From Haliotis cracherodii (Eukaryota), in contig NW_027266343.1 in assembly GCF_022045235.1 (NCBI RefSeq), positions 2,728,001 through 2,792,000 on the forward strand: DNA of 64,000 nt, written 5' to 3'. The position numbers were made by a program, and so were the translations under genes. Shown here in pieces: positions 1 through 12,900 of this stretch. The notes under the pieces were generated by a model that saw nothing but the letters and a program-made list of their open reading frames with translations, was not told the origin of the DNA and did not search any database. Within the stretch, counting starts at the first letter, position 1; each line of letters begins with the position of its first letter.

Positions 1-306
1 TAACTTAGTCGTATGTGATTCTTACAATTTGTGCATGATCCTTTCATGAATCTTAACCCATTCCTGGCATTGTTCATAATTTTCAATCCGATTAACCACG
101 AAAGTTTGCATTATTGGCATATTCGTGGTCATAGTGAAAGGGGGCATTAGAGAGGAACTTCAGACAGGATGGTCTAAGGTAATGCAATTTGATGATCAGA
201 GTTGCTTCCCTTTTCTGTGCCAGGAAAAGCTGTTGGTTTTAATCTCAGATTATGATCTTTGTTTTTTATGCATTACCATGCTTGTGGGGTTCTCCAATGT
301 ATCTGA

Positions 307-575
307 GGGGACACGGGGGGCCCAATCGTCTAAGGCGCTGCGATTCGTTGTTCAGAGTTGCGTCAGAAACCTCTGATTGTGGGTTCGAATCCTGGTTTGC
401 CCCAATTATGTTTCTAGGTTTGTCAGCACCATACCCTTATTCGTGGGTTTCACCGAAGTTGTAAACGTCCAAGACCTGCATCACTTCGGGCTTTCCTCCC
501 ACATTAAGCTGACACGCCGTGATGTAACTGGAATAATGTTAAAAGCGGCGTTAAACCCAACTCACTCACTCACTC
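307..575 (+). mobile_element. SINE family A (tRNA-Leu-like head, (ACTC)n tail)
   Basis: A-box-like GGCCCAATCGTCTAAGG, B box GGGTTCGAATCC, shared body, tail CTGGAATA..TTAAAAGCGGCGTTAAACCCAACTCACTC. Confidence 0.85.
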
Positions 576-931
576 CAACGTATGTCCTAGTTTTGGAGAG
601 CTAATAGGTCACCTGCTTGTTGTTTCACATTGAATTATCTCCAACATTAGATGTTCAGCGAACCATAGTTGTATTCTGTATCAGAAACAGTGACCACACA
701 TTGACTCTGAGGGATTAATGACAACAGTGTTCATTGACATATGTGACTTTTATAGTAATGTATTTTATTGGAATATGTACATTTAATGCATATTCCATAA
801 AGATATTTTACAAAATACAGAGAGCACTAACAAATTCAATCATGCTTATTCTTAGTGAAACATCTTGAGAAGAGATAGCTAAATGTAACTAAATTATTGT
901 TTTTCCTGAAGATAAATATTTTGTGTTGCAG

Positions 932-3900
932 CAAGGCAAACCAGACTGATGAAGAGACCATTGCTCTAAATGAGTGCATCCAGTTGTCATTCCATCACTC
1001 CTGCCGCCACCACCTTCTCCTCCTCTACCCAAGAGAGCTCCTCATCCTTGACCTTGAGATCAACCAGACAGTGGGGATTATCTCCCTTGACAAAGCAGCC
1101 TCTTCCTTTGCCCAGGTAAACCAATATCGACTTGTGAGCAGATGTGTTTGCATGTTCCATCTTTGAAAACTCTGTTTTTTTCAGAAATTAACCTTTAAAG
1201 TTTTATTTTTTCTGCAAAGTGTCTCATGGTTAAGAGGAGGCATGGGAGGCCCAGTCATCTAGTGAAATTCACTGTGCCGGTGTCCCTTGTCATTGCCAGG
1301 AACTTCTTCGGTTCGAATCCTAGTTTGACATCACCATACACATATATCATGCTGGGCCCTCCTCCTACATGACCCTGACATGCTTTCATATACTACTCAA
1401 ATGAAGATAAGCATTACCCGATTCTTTTATACTTCTATAGTAATATGAACAAATTGATTGGTGCTTATCTTCTTTTGAGTAGTATATAACTGAAATAGCA
1501 ACTTCCACAAGGATAAAGAGTCATGACAGCAGCCAAAGAAGATATATTTTCAAAACTTGTTTTGGTGTTTTTGGAGGAGTTGAACATGAATTTGTCCTGG
1601 TGTTTCATTGGGGAATTGGGGGGCACGGGTGGCCCAGTCGTCTAAGGCGTTGCAATTCGCTGTGCAGAGTTGCGTCCCTTGGGCACGCCAGAAACCTATG
1701 ATTGTGGGTTTGAATCCTGGTTCGCCCCGATTATGTTTCTAGGTTTGTCAGCACTATACCCGTGCTCGTGGGTTTCACCGAAGTGGTAAACGTCTGAGAC
1801 CTGCATCACTTTGGGCTTTCCTCCCACATTAAGCTGACACTCAGCAATATAACTGGAATACTGTTAAAGGTGGCGTTAAACTCACTCACTCACTCACTCA
1901 CTCACTCACTCACTCACACTCATTGGGGGATTGGATGGTTACATCTTTATGTCGGAGCGTGGCTATTCCCAGCAGGAGTTAGATGGTGTGAAAAAGCAGG
2001 ACTGCATAGTATTACCAGTTTACCTATATACTGCAATACACTTTTCAAACAAAACGTAATACAATGTATTTTTGTGTTTCCGTTATATTTTTTGTTTTGC
2101 CTGGCCCTGTTATTATTTATTTGTTTGTTTGTTTGTTTGTTGTTTAGCACCACGCTCAATAGTTCAGCTATATGAAGGTGGTCTGAAAATAATTGTGTCT
2201 GGACTAGATAATCTAGTGATTGACATCATGAACATCGATCCACGCAATTGGGATACAATGACATGCATCAACCAAGTCAGCGAGCCTGACCACCTGATCC
2301 CGTTAGTCACCTCTTCTGACAAGCATAGTTGCCTTTGAAGACAAGCAAGGGTTGCTGTAGAGGCCCTATTATTACTAGGCAGCAGTGATGAACCTGGAAG
2401 ACAGTTGACTGCATCCTTACACAATATTCACTCACGGACTGACTCACTCGTATCACAAGACATTTTACTAGGGTTACAGTTCTGACTTTATTCATGCTGT
2501 ATCACCACCACTGTGGCACTGATGTGCCAATTAATGGTAGACTAGCTTAACAATATGGATATACATGACCTACATGAAAACCTAAGAACTAAAATATCCA
2601 CAAAATAGTGCCATTATTATCTCCATTCGGAACTGTCAGCTTACGTTCATTTTCGAGATAGACTTTTCCCAGGATGGAACTCCAACTTTGTCTTGTGTCT
2701 GCAGATTATCCCCTGCTGGCAGAGAGATGTGTTCTACTGTCTGCACGAGAACGGCAGTATATCGGTGCGTGTCCGTCGCAAAACCAACCTCATGTCTGCA
2801 CCTGCATCCGAGGGAACTGGAGCGTTTGGTAAGTCAGCAGCAGTCAAGCCAGGGGATCATTCTAGGAATAGCTTCTAGTATACAGGGATTTACCAGGGGA
2901 TCATTCTAGGAATAGCTTCAGGTATAGAGGGATTTACCAGGGGATCATTCTAGGAATAGCTTCTAGTATACAGGGATTTACCAGGGGATCATTCTAGGAA
3001 TAGCTTCTAGTATACAGGGATTTACCAGGGGATCATTCTAGGAATAGCTTCTAGTATACAGGGATTTACCAGGGGATCTTTCTAGGAATAGCTTCAGGTA
3101 TAGAGGGATTTACCAGGGGATCATTCTAGGAATAGCTTCAAGTATACAGGGATTTACCAGGGGATCATTCTAGGAATAGCTTCTAGTATACAGGGATTTA
3201 CCAGGGGATCATTCTAGGAATAGCTTGAGGTATACAGGGATTTACCAGGGGATCATTCTATGAATAGCTTCTAGTATACAGGGATTTACCAGGGGATCAT
3301 TCTAGGAATAGCTTCAGGTATAGAGGGATTTACCAGGGGATCATTCTAGGAATAGCTTCTAGTATACAGGGATTTACCAGGGGATCATTCTAGGAATAGC
3401 TTCAGGCATACAGGGATTTACCAGGGGATCATTCTAGGAATAGCTTCAGGTATAGAGGGATTTACCAGGGGATCATTCTATGAATAGCTTCTAGTATACA
3501 GGGATTTACCAGGGGATCATTCTAGGAATAGCTTCAGGCATACAGGGATTTACCAGGGGATCATTCTAGGAATAGCTTCTAGTATACAGGGATTTACCAG
3601 GGGATCATTCTAGGAATAGTGTCAGGTATAGAGGGATTTACCAGGGGATCATTCTAGGAATAGCTTGAGGTATAGAGGGATTTACCAGGGGATCATTCTA
3701 GGAATAGCTTGAGGTATAGAGGGATTTACCAGGGGATCATTCTAGGAATAGCTTCTAGTATACAGGGATTTACCAGGGGATCATTCTAGGAATAGCTTCA
3801 GGCATACAGGGATTTACCAGGGGATCATTCTAGGAATAGCTTCAGGTATACAGGGATTTTCCAGGGGATCATTCTAGGAATAGCTTCAGGCATACAGGGA

Positions 3901-6900
3901 TTTACCAGGGGATCATTCTAGGAATAGCTTCAGGTATACAGGGATTTTCCAGGGGATCATTCTAGGAATAGCTTCAGGCATACAGGGATTTACCAGGGGA
4001 TCATTCTGGGAATAGCTTCTAGCATACAGGGATTTACCAGGGGATCATTCTGGGAATAGCTTCTAGCATACAGGGATTTACCAGGGGGGCTATCTATACT
4101 ACTCTTTACAAGGTAAGGATCCCATGATTCTTTCATGGCATGATAGATTAACTATAGTAATATGAAAATATTGTGTGGTCCTTAACTTCTTTTGAGTAGA
4201 ATATTTTTGGGTCAGGGGAACTCTCTGTAATATATCTGAGTTGTCCAACACATGAACACCTGATTCTTTGATAATGCTACGGTTAATCTGGGGGCGGTTG
4301 GGTAGCCTAGTGGTTAAAGCGTTCGCTCGTCACGCCGAAGACCCGGGTTCGATTCCCGACATGGGTACAATGTGTGAAGCCCATTTTGGGTGACCCCCGC
4401 CGTGATATTGCTGGAATATTGCTAAAAGCGGCGTCAAACCATACTCACGCACTCACTACAGTTAATCTGTCATGGCATGTTGGGTATTCTTAATTTCCTT
4501 TTGAGTAGTATATATAACACGCATTCTACAATTTTGATGACGTAGAATAATGATTCAAACAGCCAGTCCTTACTTAGTCTTCCAGTACTTGCAATGTAAG
4601 TGAGCTGAGCAGTGTATCACTGATGTATGTATATCGTGATTCCAGATGACACGCCACCTAATGTGTCCTTGGATGTGGCCTATGACCTCCGCTGCCAGTC
4701 CGACCCGCTGCGGGTGACGAGACACAATCGGGTGTACGGCATCGCTGCCTCCCTCATCTCCGAGCGGACCATGGCTCTCATCATGAGCGACAGCAGGGTC
4801 ATCTTCTGGGACCTGCACACCATGGATACGCCGGTCAGTGTTGGCTTGTACTGCTCACAGGGGAGGTAACTCACAGGGGAGGTAACCTTGTGGTGAATAT
4901 GTTGGCTCGTCACCATACATGTGATACATTGTCAGAGGGTGTCGGGGACATTGAGCCGTTTCTTTCAGGGAAATGTTTGCATCTATCAGGGAAAATTTGA
5001 ATATAGCATCCAATACATTTAAATTTTAAACGACTCTTTGTGTAGTCCAGTCAAAATGGCGTAATCAAATCAACATCAAGTTTATAAAATGCTGCCAGAT
5101 TTCGGTCAATTGCAGGATTTGCAAAGCATGTGTACCACGGACTCGGAGTCAGCAGATATTTTCAAAATTTATTCATGTTTTTAATCAAGGTTGTAACTTC
5201 ATCTGTATGACAATTGAGATATAGAATGAATAAATGCTCACGTTTTCTTATGTTACAGATTGAGATTGACCACCAGGTGGCCTCGCCACTGTACACCCCC
5301 GGCCTGACCCTGCCGTCCCCCGCCCAGCAGATCCCGTCCCGCAGACAGGACTTTCCCATCATATCCCGACTAGCATACCCCAAGGTTGCTCTCACTGATC
5401 TCATCGGTCAGTCCCAGCTGCCCTTGGCTGAAGGTCAGAGGTCAAACAAAGGTCACACAGTTCAACTCAAGTTCATCTTGACTGGGTTGCTGAACGGAAT
5501 CGCAGCTCATGTCACCACCATCAGAATGTGTCCTCCCCTCACCAACAAGAACTGGAATGTATACGAACCTCTTCTGGCTCTAGGTAAGATAGATTCATAC
5601 AGTATTGTGACAAAGGTTAAACTCCACTTTGAACGGTATTTCAGTTACATCATGGTTTGTCCACGCTGACAGACCTTGGATCATCATGATCATAATTGTA
5701 GTGATTTTGAATCTATACTTATACTGCCATGAAATATACATCATTGGATTTTTTTAATGGCATTTAGAATCGATACACATAAGGAAGAGAATTTCCGGAT
5801 GTCAGCTTCTTTATTATGAGGAAACACAATGTTTTGGAGCTGGTTTTCTTTTGCCCTTATTGCTATGTCCATTCTTGTACCTGTCACTGCTCCTCACCTC
5901 CGGCCTAACGTTTGCCCAGTGTCCATTGCCCAATTTAAAGGGTGTCTTCCAGTTGTCCATAACCATCAGTGCTAATTACTGTAAAGTGTTGCTTCCATTG
6001 TCTTTTGCTATCACCTATCAGCGCCAATTACAGGTATCTTATGGCTTCCCTTGTTAGTTTCCACCTTTTGTTATCTTATTACTTTTGTTGTCCTTACATG
6101 TACATATATATGCTCTCTGCCTCATGGCATTCCTTCACCTGATGAAGGAGTAAGCATATACTCCGAAATGTTGTGTTTCCTCATGATAAAGAAGTTCCTC
6201 TTATTCCTTATATTGTCTTCTTTGCCATGTCTAATTGATAATGAAACTTTCTTTCAAAGACAATCCATTCTCCATCCAGGTACTTTCTCCGGAGCTGTCC
6301 AGATTGTGAATGTGGCATCCGGACAACTGGACCGTGAATACAGCCTGCATTCTTCCATGGTCAGGTAGGTCTCATAGCCTTTCCACTGCCATGTTCAGAT
6401 ACGTACAGTAGCCTTTTTACAACCAGACCAGGACTACCAGGTATGTGTAGCATCGTGGCAGCCCTTTAAACCCCGACATTGTCACATTAGCTGTGCAGAG
6501 TTACGATCCTTGGGCACACCAGAAACCTATGATTGTGGGTTCGAATCCCAGTTCACCCTGATTATTTCTAGGATTGTCAGCACCATACCCTTACTCGTGG
6601 GTTTAACCAAAGGGGTAAACATCTAAGACCTGCATCTCTTCGGGCTTTCCTCCCACATTAAGCTGCGATATAACTGGAATACTGTTAAAAGCGGCGTTAA
6701 ACACAACTCACTCACTCACTCACTTTTCCTGAGAGAACAGCCTGTCTAGGTTTATGTGTAGTGCGTTTGCAACCTTCTAAATGCTGACTTACTTTTGCTC
6801 TAAGAGCACTGCACTTTGTCACACCTATTTCCTAGTTTCTGTATACATGATAGAACAAGTTTCAGATTTGAAACAAGAAATAGTAACCTGCTTAGTAACC

Positions 6901-9900
6901 ATAATGAAATACTAAGAATAGTAAGTGAGTGAGTTGGGCGCAATGTCGCTTTTAACAGTATTCCAGTTATATCGCGGCGTGTCAGTTTAATGTGGGAGGA
7001 AAGCCAGAGGTGATGCAGGTCTCAGACGTTTACCACTTCGGTGAAACCCACAAGCACGGGTATGGTGCTGACAAACCTAGAAACATAATCAGGGCGAACC
7101 AGGATTCGAACCCACAATCATAGGTTTCTGGCATGCCCAAGGGACACAACTCTGCACAGCGAATCGTGGCGCCTTAGACGACTGGGCAACCCGTGGCCTC
7201 CAAATAAATACTATGAATAAAAGAAGAACTGGCCAAAAATTACATTAGTCTAAGTGTTTGATGTTTCTGTCTGTGACACAGAGGTATTGAGTGGTGCGGC
7301 CTGAAGACATTCCTCTCCTATGCCTACCCCAACCCTGGCCCCAGTGGACTGGTCAAGAACGAGGTCTTCTATGTGGACATCTTGTCTGGTAAATACTGTT
7401 ACACCGTCACCTTTACTGAAGAAATATTTCATGTTAAAGAGAAACAGAAAGTGCTTTTACCATGTCTTTAGCAACTTATCCCAATAGATTTTAATCAACT
7501 TGCCGCTTTGCCATCTAATGGTCATAAGAGGCAACCCAGTGGATCAGGTGTCAGACTTGGTGACATGCTTGTATGTCATCATACCCTGATGACGTGGATC
7601 GATGCTCATGATATCAATCAATGGAGTGTCTGGTCCAGATTCGATAATTTGCAGGCTGCCTTCATATTGCTAGAATATTGCAGTGTTAAACAAAAAGCAA
7701 AACAAACAAAATCTTACCTATGAGACAATCCTTTCCTAAAAAAACAAAAATGAAAGTTGACTGTTGCATCTCCCTCAGGTAAGGTGACGTCGGTGAGGAC
7801 ACAGCGAGATGAGGAGTCCCGCATAGAGTCGCTGCAGATCTCACACCTCAGGTCAGTATCCAGCCCTCCAAGTCACTGCAGATATGTCCATACAAACTCT
7901 TCTGATGATCAGGGACCCGTTCCACAAAGCGATCTTAGTGCTAAGATGATTGTAACTCCTATACTTTAACATAGGCTTATGACAGTCCTGGCACCAATAT
8001 CGCTTTGTGGAACATTTTTGTGTACTTTTCAGAGCTAGCAGGGTCGTTTCTGTGCATGATCATAATTCACTTATTGTAATCTTTTGTGTGAACCATCGGA
8101 TCCTGGCACTCCTAAGGGAAGCAACTGCAGAGCAAACTACAGCACCTAGATAACTGGGCCACCAGTGCACCTAGTTAAATTTTGAGATTTACGATATTTT
8201 CCTGTGAGAAAGAAACAATATTGTTGTGTTCATTCAAATTACTCAACCATAGCTGTCCTGAATGTTAAAAACTGTGAGTGTAATATTGCAATGACTGTGT
8301 ACTGTTGTTGCTGAGTTACGGTGACCCTCCTCGTCTGATGTGACTTTGAAGCTGTCCCCACCTGTGTGTTCCAGGCAGTACTTCGTGCTGGCCTTCAAGG
8401 ACAAGCCCCTGGAGCTTTGGGACATGAGGACTCTCACCATCATCCGGGAGCTGCCTAAAGCCTTCCCCCGACCCACAGCTGCTGTAAGTAGTCAGGGAAT
8501 GGTCCAGTCATATCATCAGGGAGTCAGCTAGGGTTGTCAGAGGCTATAGTCAGCTGCTGTAGGTAGACAGGGAATGGTCCAGTCATATCTCAGGGAGTCA
8601 TCTAGGGTTCTCAGAGGCTGTCGTCAGCTGCTGTCAGTAGACAGGGAATGGTCCAGTCATATCATCAGGGAGTCAGCTAGGGTCAGCTAGGGTTGTCAGA
8701 GGCTATAGTCAGCTGCTGTCAGTAGACAGGGAATGGTCCAGTCATATCATCAGGGAGTCAGTTAGGGTCAGCTAGGGTTGTCAGAGGCTATAGTCAGCTG
8801 CTGTAGGTAGACAGGGAATGGTCCAGTCATATCTCAGGGAGTCAGCTAGGGTTCTCAGAGGCTGTCGTCAGCTGCTGTCAGTAGACAGGGAATGGTCCAG
8901 TCATATCATCAGGGAGTCAGCTAGGGTTGTCAGAGGCTATAGTCAGCTGCTGTCAGTAGACAGGGAATGGCCCTGTCATATCATCAGGGAGTCAGCTAGG
9001 GTTGTCAGAGTCTGTCAGAGGCTGTCAGTAGACAGGGAATGGTCCAGTCATATCACCAGGGAGTCATCTAGGGTCAGCTAGGGTTCTCAGAGGCTGTAGT
9101 CAGGGAATGGTCCAGTCATATCTCCAGGGAGTCATCTAGGGTTGTCAGAGGCTATAGTCAGCTGCTCCCAGTCATATCATCAGGGAGTCAGCTAGGGTTG
9201 TCAGAGGCTGTAGTCAGCTGCTGTCAGTAGTCAGGGAATGGTCCAGTCATATCATCAGGGAGTCTGCTGGGGTTGTCAGAGGCTATAGTCAGCTGCTCCC
9301 AGTCATATCATCAGGGAGTCAGCTAGGGTTGTCAGAGGCTGTAGTCAGCTGCTGTCAGTAGTCAGGGAATGGTCCAGTCATATCATCAGGGAGTCTGCTG
9401 GGGTTGTCAGAGGCTGTAGTCAGCTCTAGGTCTACATCCAACAAGGACAATGCCAGTAAAGTAAATTTTAAGTTATTAAATTGTAACTAATGTAATATGT
9501 CACCCATATATCACTGTGAACAGGATCAAAAGAGTAAGAGATTTAGTTTTATGTGTTTGCATTGAATAAGAAAATAAGGGCTTTGATAAAGACTTTTGGG
9601 CAGAATAGAGCTAAATGTCTGTATCATGGCATGTCAGCCAAATGATGGAGGAAAGTCTAAAGTGATGGGATTGTAGATGTTTACCATTCTTGTGAAACCA
9701 ACGAGCATGTGTGGTGTTGATAGATGAAGGATCAGAATTTGGGTGAATCTTTGATTAAGATTCACTCACTCACTCACTTATTCAAACAAAGCATATTGGA
9801 ATATAATACCATTTGTGTGAATTTCAAGAATCAAGGCTGAAGTTTGTTTATGAGTTTCTAGTTCTCGGGTTCGACTCACATCGCTCAAACACTCAGGTCA

Positions 9901-12900
9901 TGTACAAATGATGAAAGGGTTGGTTGCGGTTTGGTTTTGGACCTTACCCTGAAATGAATATTGATTTTGACCAACTTTGGTTTGTTTACAGAGATACTCA
10001 TGAAAGTTCATCCAAAACAATGTTTAGGGGATAAACTGTTTCTGTTGCTATGCTTTCAAGTCGAGAACTTGGGACAATGATCATGTCTACATGATATACC
10101 GAACGCTTGAATAGATAGGATCTCTGACTGTTTATGCAATACTCACTCACTCACTTATGCATGGCGGATGTTATGAAGTATGAGTTCATACACCATTGAC
10201 AAGAGCTTCACCTGAACAGAGTGTCCGGACACTTGATGTATTGCTGAGAGGATTCCTGGGTTGATGCTGTGTGTAGAGATCTGTCTGACCCCACATGCTC
10301 CTCCCTTGCTGCAGGTGTGGTCCCCCTCCCACAGTCTGAAAAGTCTGAAGAAGAAGTTGTTGGACTCGGGGGCGGAGGAGGACAAGACGTCCATGATCAA
10401 GTCCACCGAGGGGGAGACGCCGCCCACGTCCACCTCCTCACAGTCCAGTATGTCAGACAGCACCACCAGCACCAAGTGAGTCAAGCTGTCTCTTCCCTGC
10501 TGTTCTGTGTCTTTCCTATACCTGCAGTTCTGGTTCTTTTCTATACCTGCTGTTCTGAGTCTTTCCTATACCTGCAGTTCTGAGTCTTTCCTATACCTGC
10601 AGTTCTGTGTCTTTCCTATACCTGCTGTTCTGGTTCTTTCCTATACCTGCTGTTCTGAGTCTTTCCTATTCCTGCTGTGTGTGTCTTTCCTATTCCTGCT
10701 GTTCCGTGTCTTTCCTATTCCTGCTGTTCTGAGTCTTTCCTATTCCTGCTGTGTGTGTCTTTCCTATTCCTACTGTGTGTGTCTTTCCTATACCTGCAGT
10801 TCTGTGTCTTTCCTATTCCTGCTGTTCTGAGTCTTTCCTATTCCTGCTGTGTGTGTCTTTCCTATTCCTGCTGTTCTGTGTCTTTCCTATTCCTGCTGTG
10901 TGTGTCTTTCCTATTCCTGCAGTTCTGTGTCTTTCCTATTCCTACTGTGTGTGTCTTTCCTATACCTGCAGTTCTGTGTCTTTCCTATTCCTGCTGTGTG
11001 TGTCTTTCCTATTCCTGCTGTTCTGTGTCTTTCCTATTCCTGCTGTGTGTGTCTTTCCTATTCCTGCTGTTCTGTGTCTTTCCTATTCCTGCTGTTCTGT
11101 GTCTTTCCTATTCCTGCTGTGTGTGTCTTTCCTATTCCTGCTGTTCTGTGTCTTTCCTATTCCTGCTGTGTGTGTCTTTCCTATTCCTTCTGTGTGTGTC
11201 TTTCCTATGCCTGCTGTGTGTGTCTTTCCTATTCCTACTGTGTGTGTCTTTCCTATACCTGCTGTTCTGAGTCTTTCCTATTCCTGCTGTGTGTGTCTTT
11301 CCTATTCCTGCTGTTCCGTGTCTTTCCTATTCCTGCTGTTCTGAGTCTTTCCTATTCCTGCTGTGTGTGTCTTTCCTATTCCTACTGTGTGTGTCTTTCC
11401 TATACCTGCAGTTCTGTGTCTTTCCTATTCCTGCTGTTCTGAGTCTTTCCTATTCCTGCTGTGTGTGTCTTTCCTATTCCTGCTGTTCTGTGTCTTTCCT
11501 ATTCCTGCTGTGTGTGTCTTTCCTATTCCTGCAGTTCTGTGTCTTTCCTATTCCTACTGTGTGTGTCTTTCCTATACCTGCAGTTCTGTGTCTTTCCTAT
11601 TCCTGCTGTGTGTGTCTTTCCTATTCCTGCTGTTCTGTGTCTTTCCTATTCCTGCTGTGTGTGTCTTTCCTATTCCTGCTGTTCTGTGTCTTTCCTATTC
11701 CTGCTGTTCTGTGTCTTTCCTATTCCTGCTGTGTGTGTCTTTCCTATTCCTTCTGTGTGTGTCTTTCCTATGCCTGCTGTGTGTGTCTTTCCTATTCCTG
11801 CTGTGTGTGTCTTTCCTATTCCTGCTGTGTGTGTCTTTCCTATTCCTTCTGTGTGTGTCTTTCCTATGCCTGCTGTTCTGTGTCTTTCCTATTCCTGCTG
11901 TGTGTGTCTTTCCTATTCCTGCTGTGTGTGTCTTTCCTATTCCTTCTGTGTGTGTCTTTCCTATTCCTGCTGTTCTGTGTCTTTCCTATTCCTGCTGTGT
12001 GTGTCTTTCCTATTCCTGCTGTGTGTGTCTTTCCTATGCCTGCTGTGTGTGTCTTTCCTATGCCTGCTGTGTGTGTCTTTCCTATTCCTGCTGTGTGTGT
12101 CTTTCCTATGCCTGCTGTTCTGTGCTCCCTTTCTGATGGCTTCTGTGCTGTGGTAGAGGCAAAACACTGAATATCAACATTTATCATGTTTATGGTTTAG
12201 CTGCGAGATGCATTTCGTATCTCATGCTGCCTTGTGTGTTGTCAGAGACAAGAAAAGCCAGGGCAAGATGACAGTGAGGGAACACTTTGTGATGACCGAC
12301 AAGGACGGGACTGTCTTCCACTTCATAGTGGAGGGGAGCCTCATCTCAGATGTCACCAAGATACCCCCGGAGGTAGGCTGCTTGTTATCCCCCGCCATGA
12401 AGTGCAGGGTTTCCATGGCAACGACTTTGACTGCAAATGGCAGATCTTGAAACACGTAAATATTTCTTGCCTTGCACACAATTGGGCTTGTCATACTGGC
12501 AGGGGAGTATGACATATTTGTTCTACTTTTGTTGTCCTCAGTCAAACTCCATCACCTAGGATTCACACCCTACTTTTGTTTTCACCTGGAGTAAGGTCAG
12601 AATGAATTAATGGCTAATTTTCTGTCTTGTGCAGATTTTGTTGTGTTGGATTGTTTTATGGCAATGTCAGATGACTGACATTGTGCACATGCGTCAATGA
12701 GATCACTGACATTTCAGAGCGGTCTGAGCACCGTGACAACGTTGGCGTGGAAGGGGGACTTCCTGGTGTTCGGAGATGTCGACGGCACCCAGTGTCTCTG
12801 GGACCTCAAGGCCAAAATATCCAGGTAGGAAGAGTCCAGTACACACCTGTACAGTATCAGGGGATTGAAAGTTCATGAATTAATTCAACATTCAGAGGGT

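Noticed and set aside
2849-4087. CRISPR-like appearance of regular arrays (also 15810 and 26227)
   Set aside because: The units are head-to-tail with no unique spacers, there are no cas genes, and the context is eukaryotic introns.
4290-4365. Functional tRNA genes at SINE heads
   Set aside because: Acceptor stems are imperfect, and the heads run on into SINE bodies with tails and TSDs.
10507-12187. Long Cys/Phe-rich ORFs (up to 293 aa)
   Set aside because: They are translations of the 24/25-bp minisatellite inside a WDR11 intron and are open in several frames.
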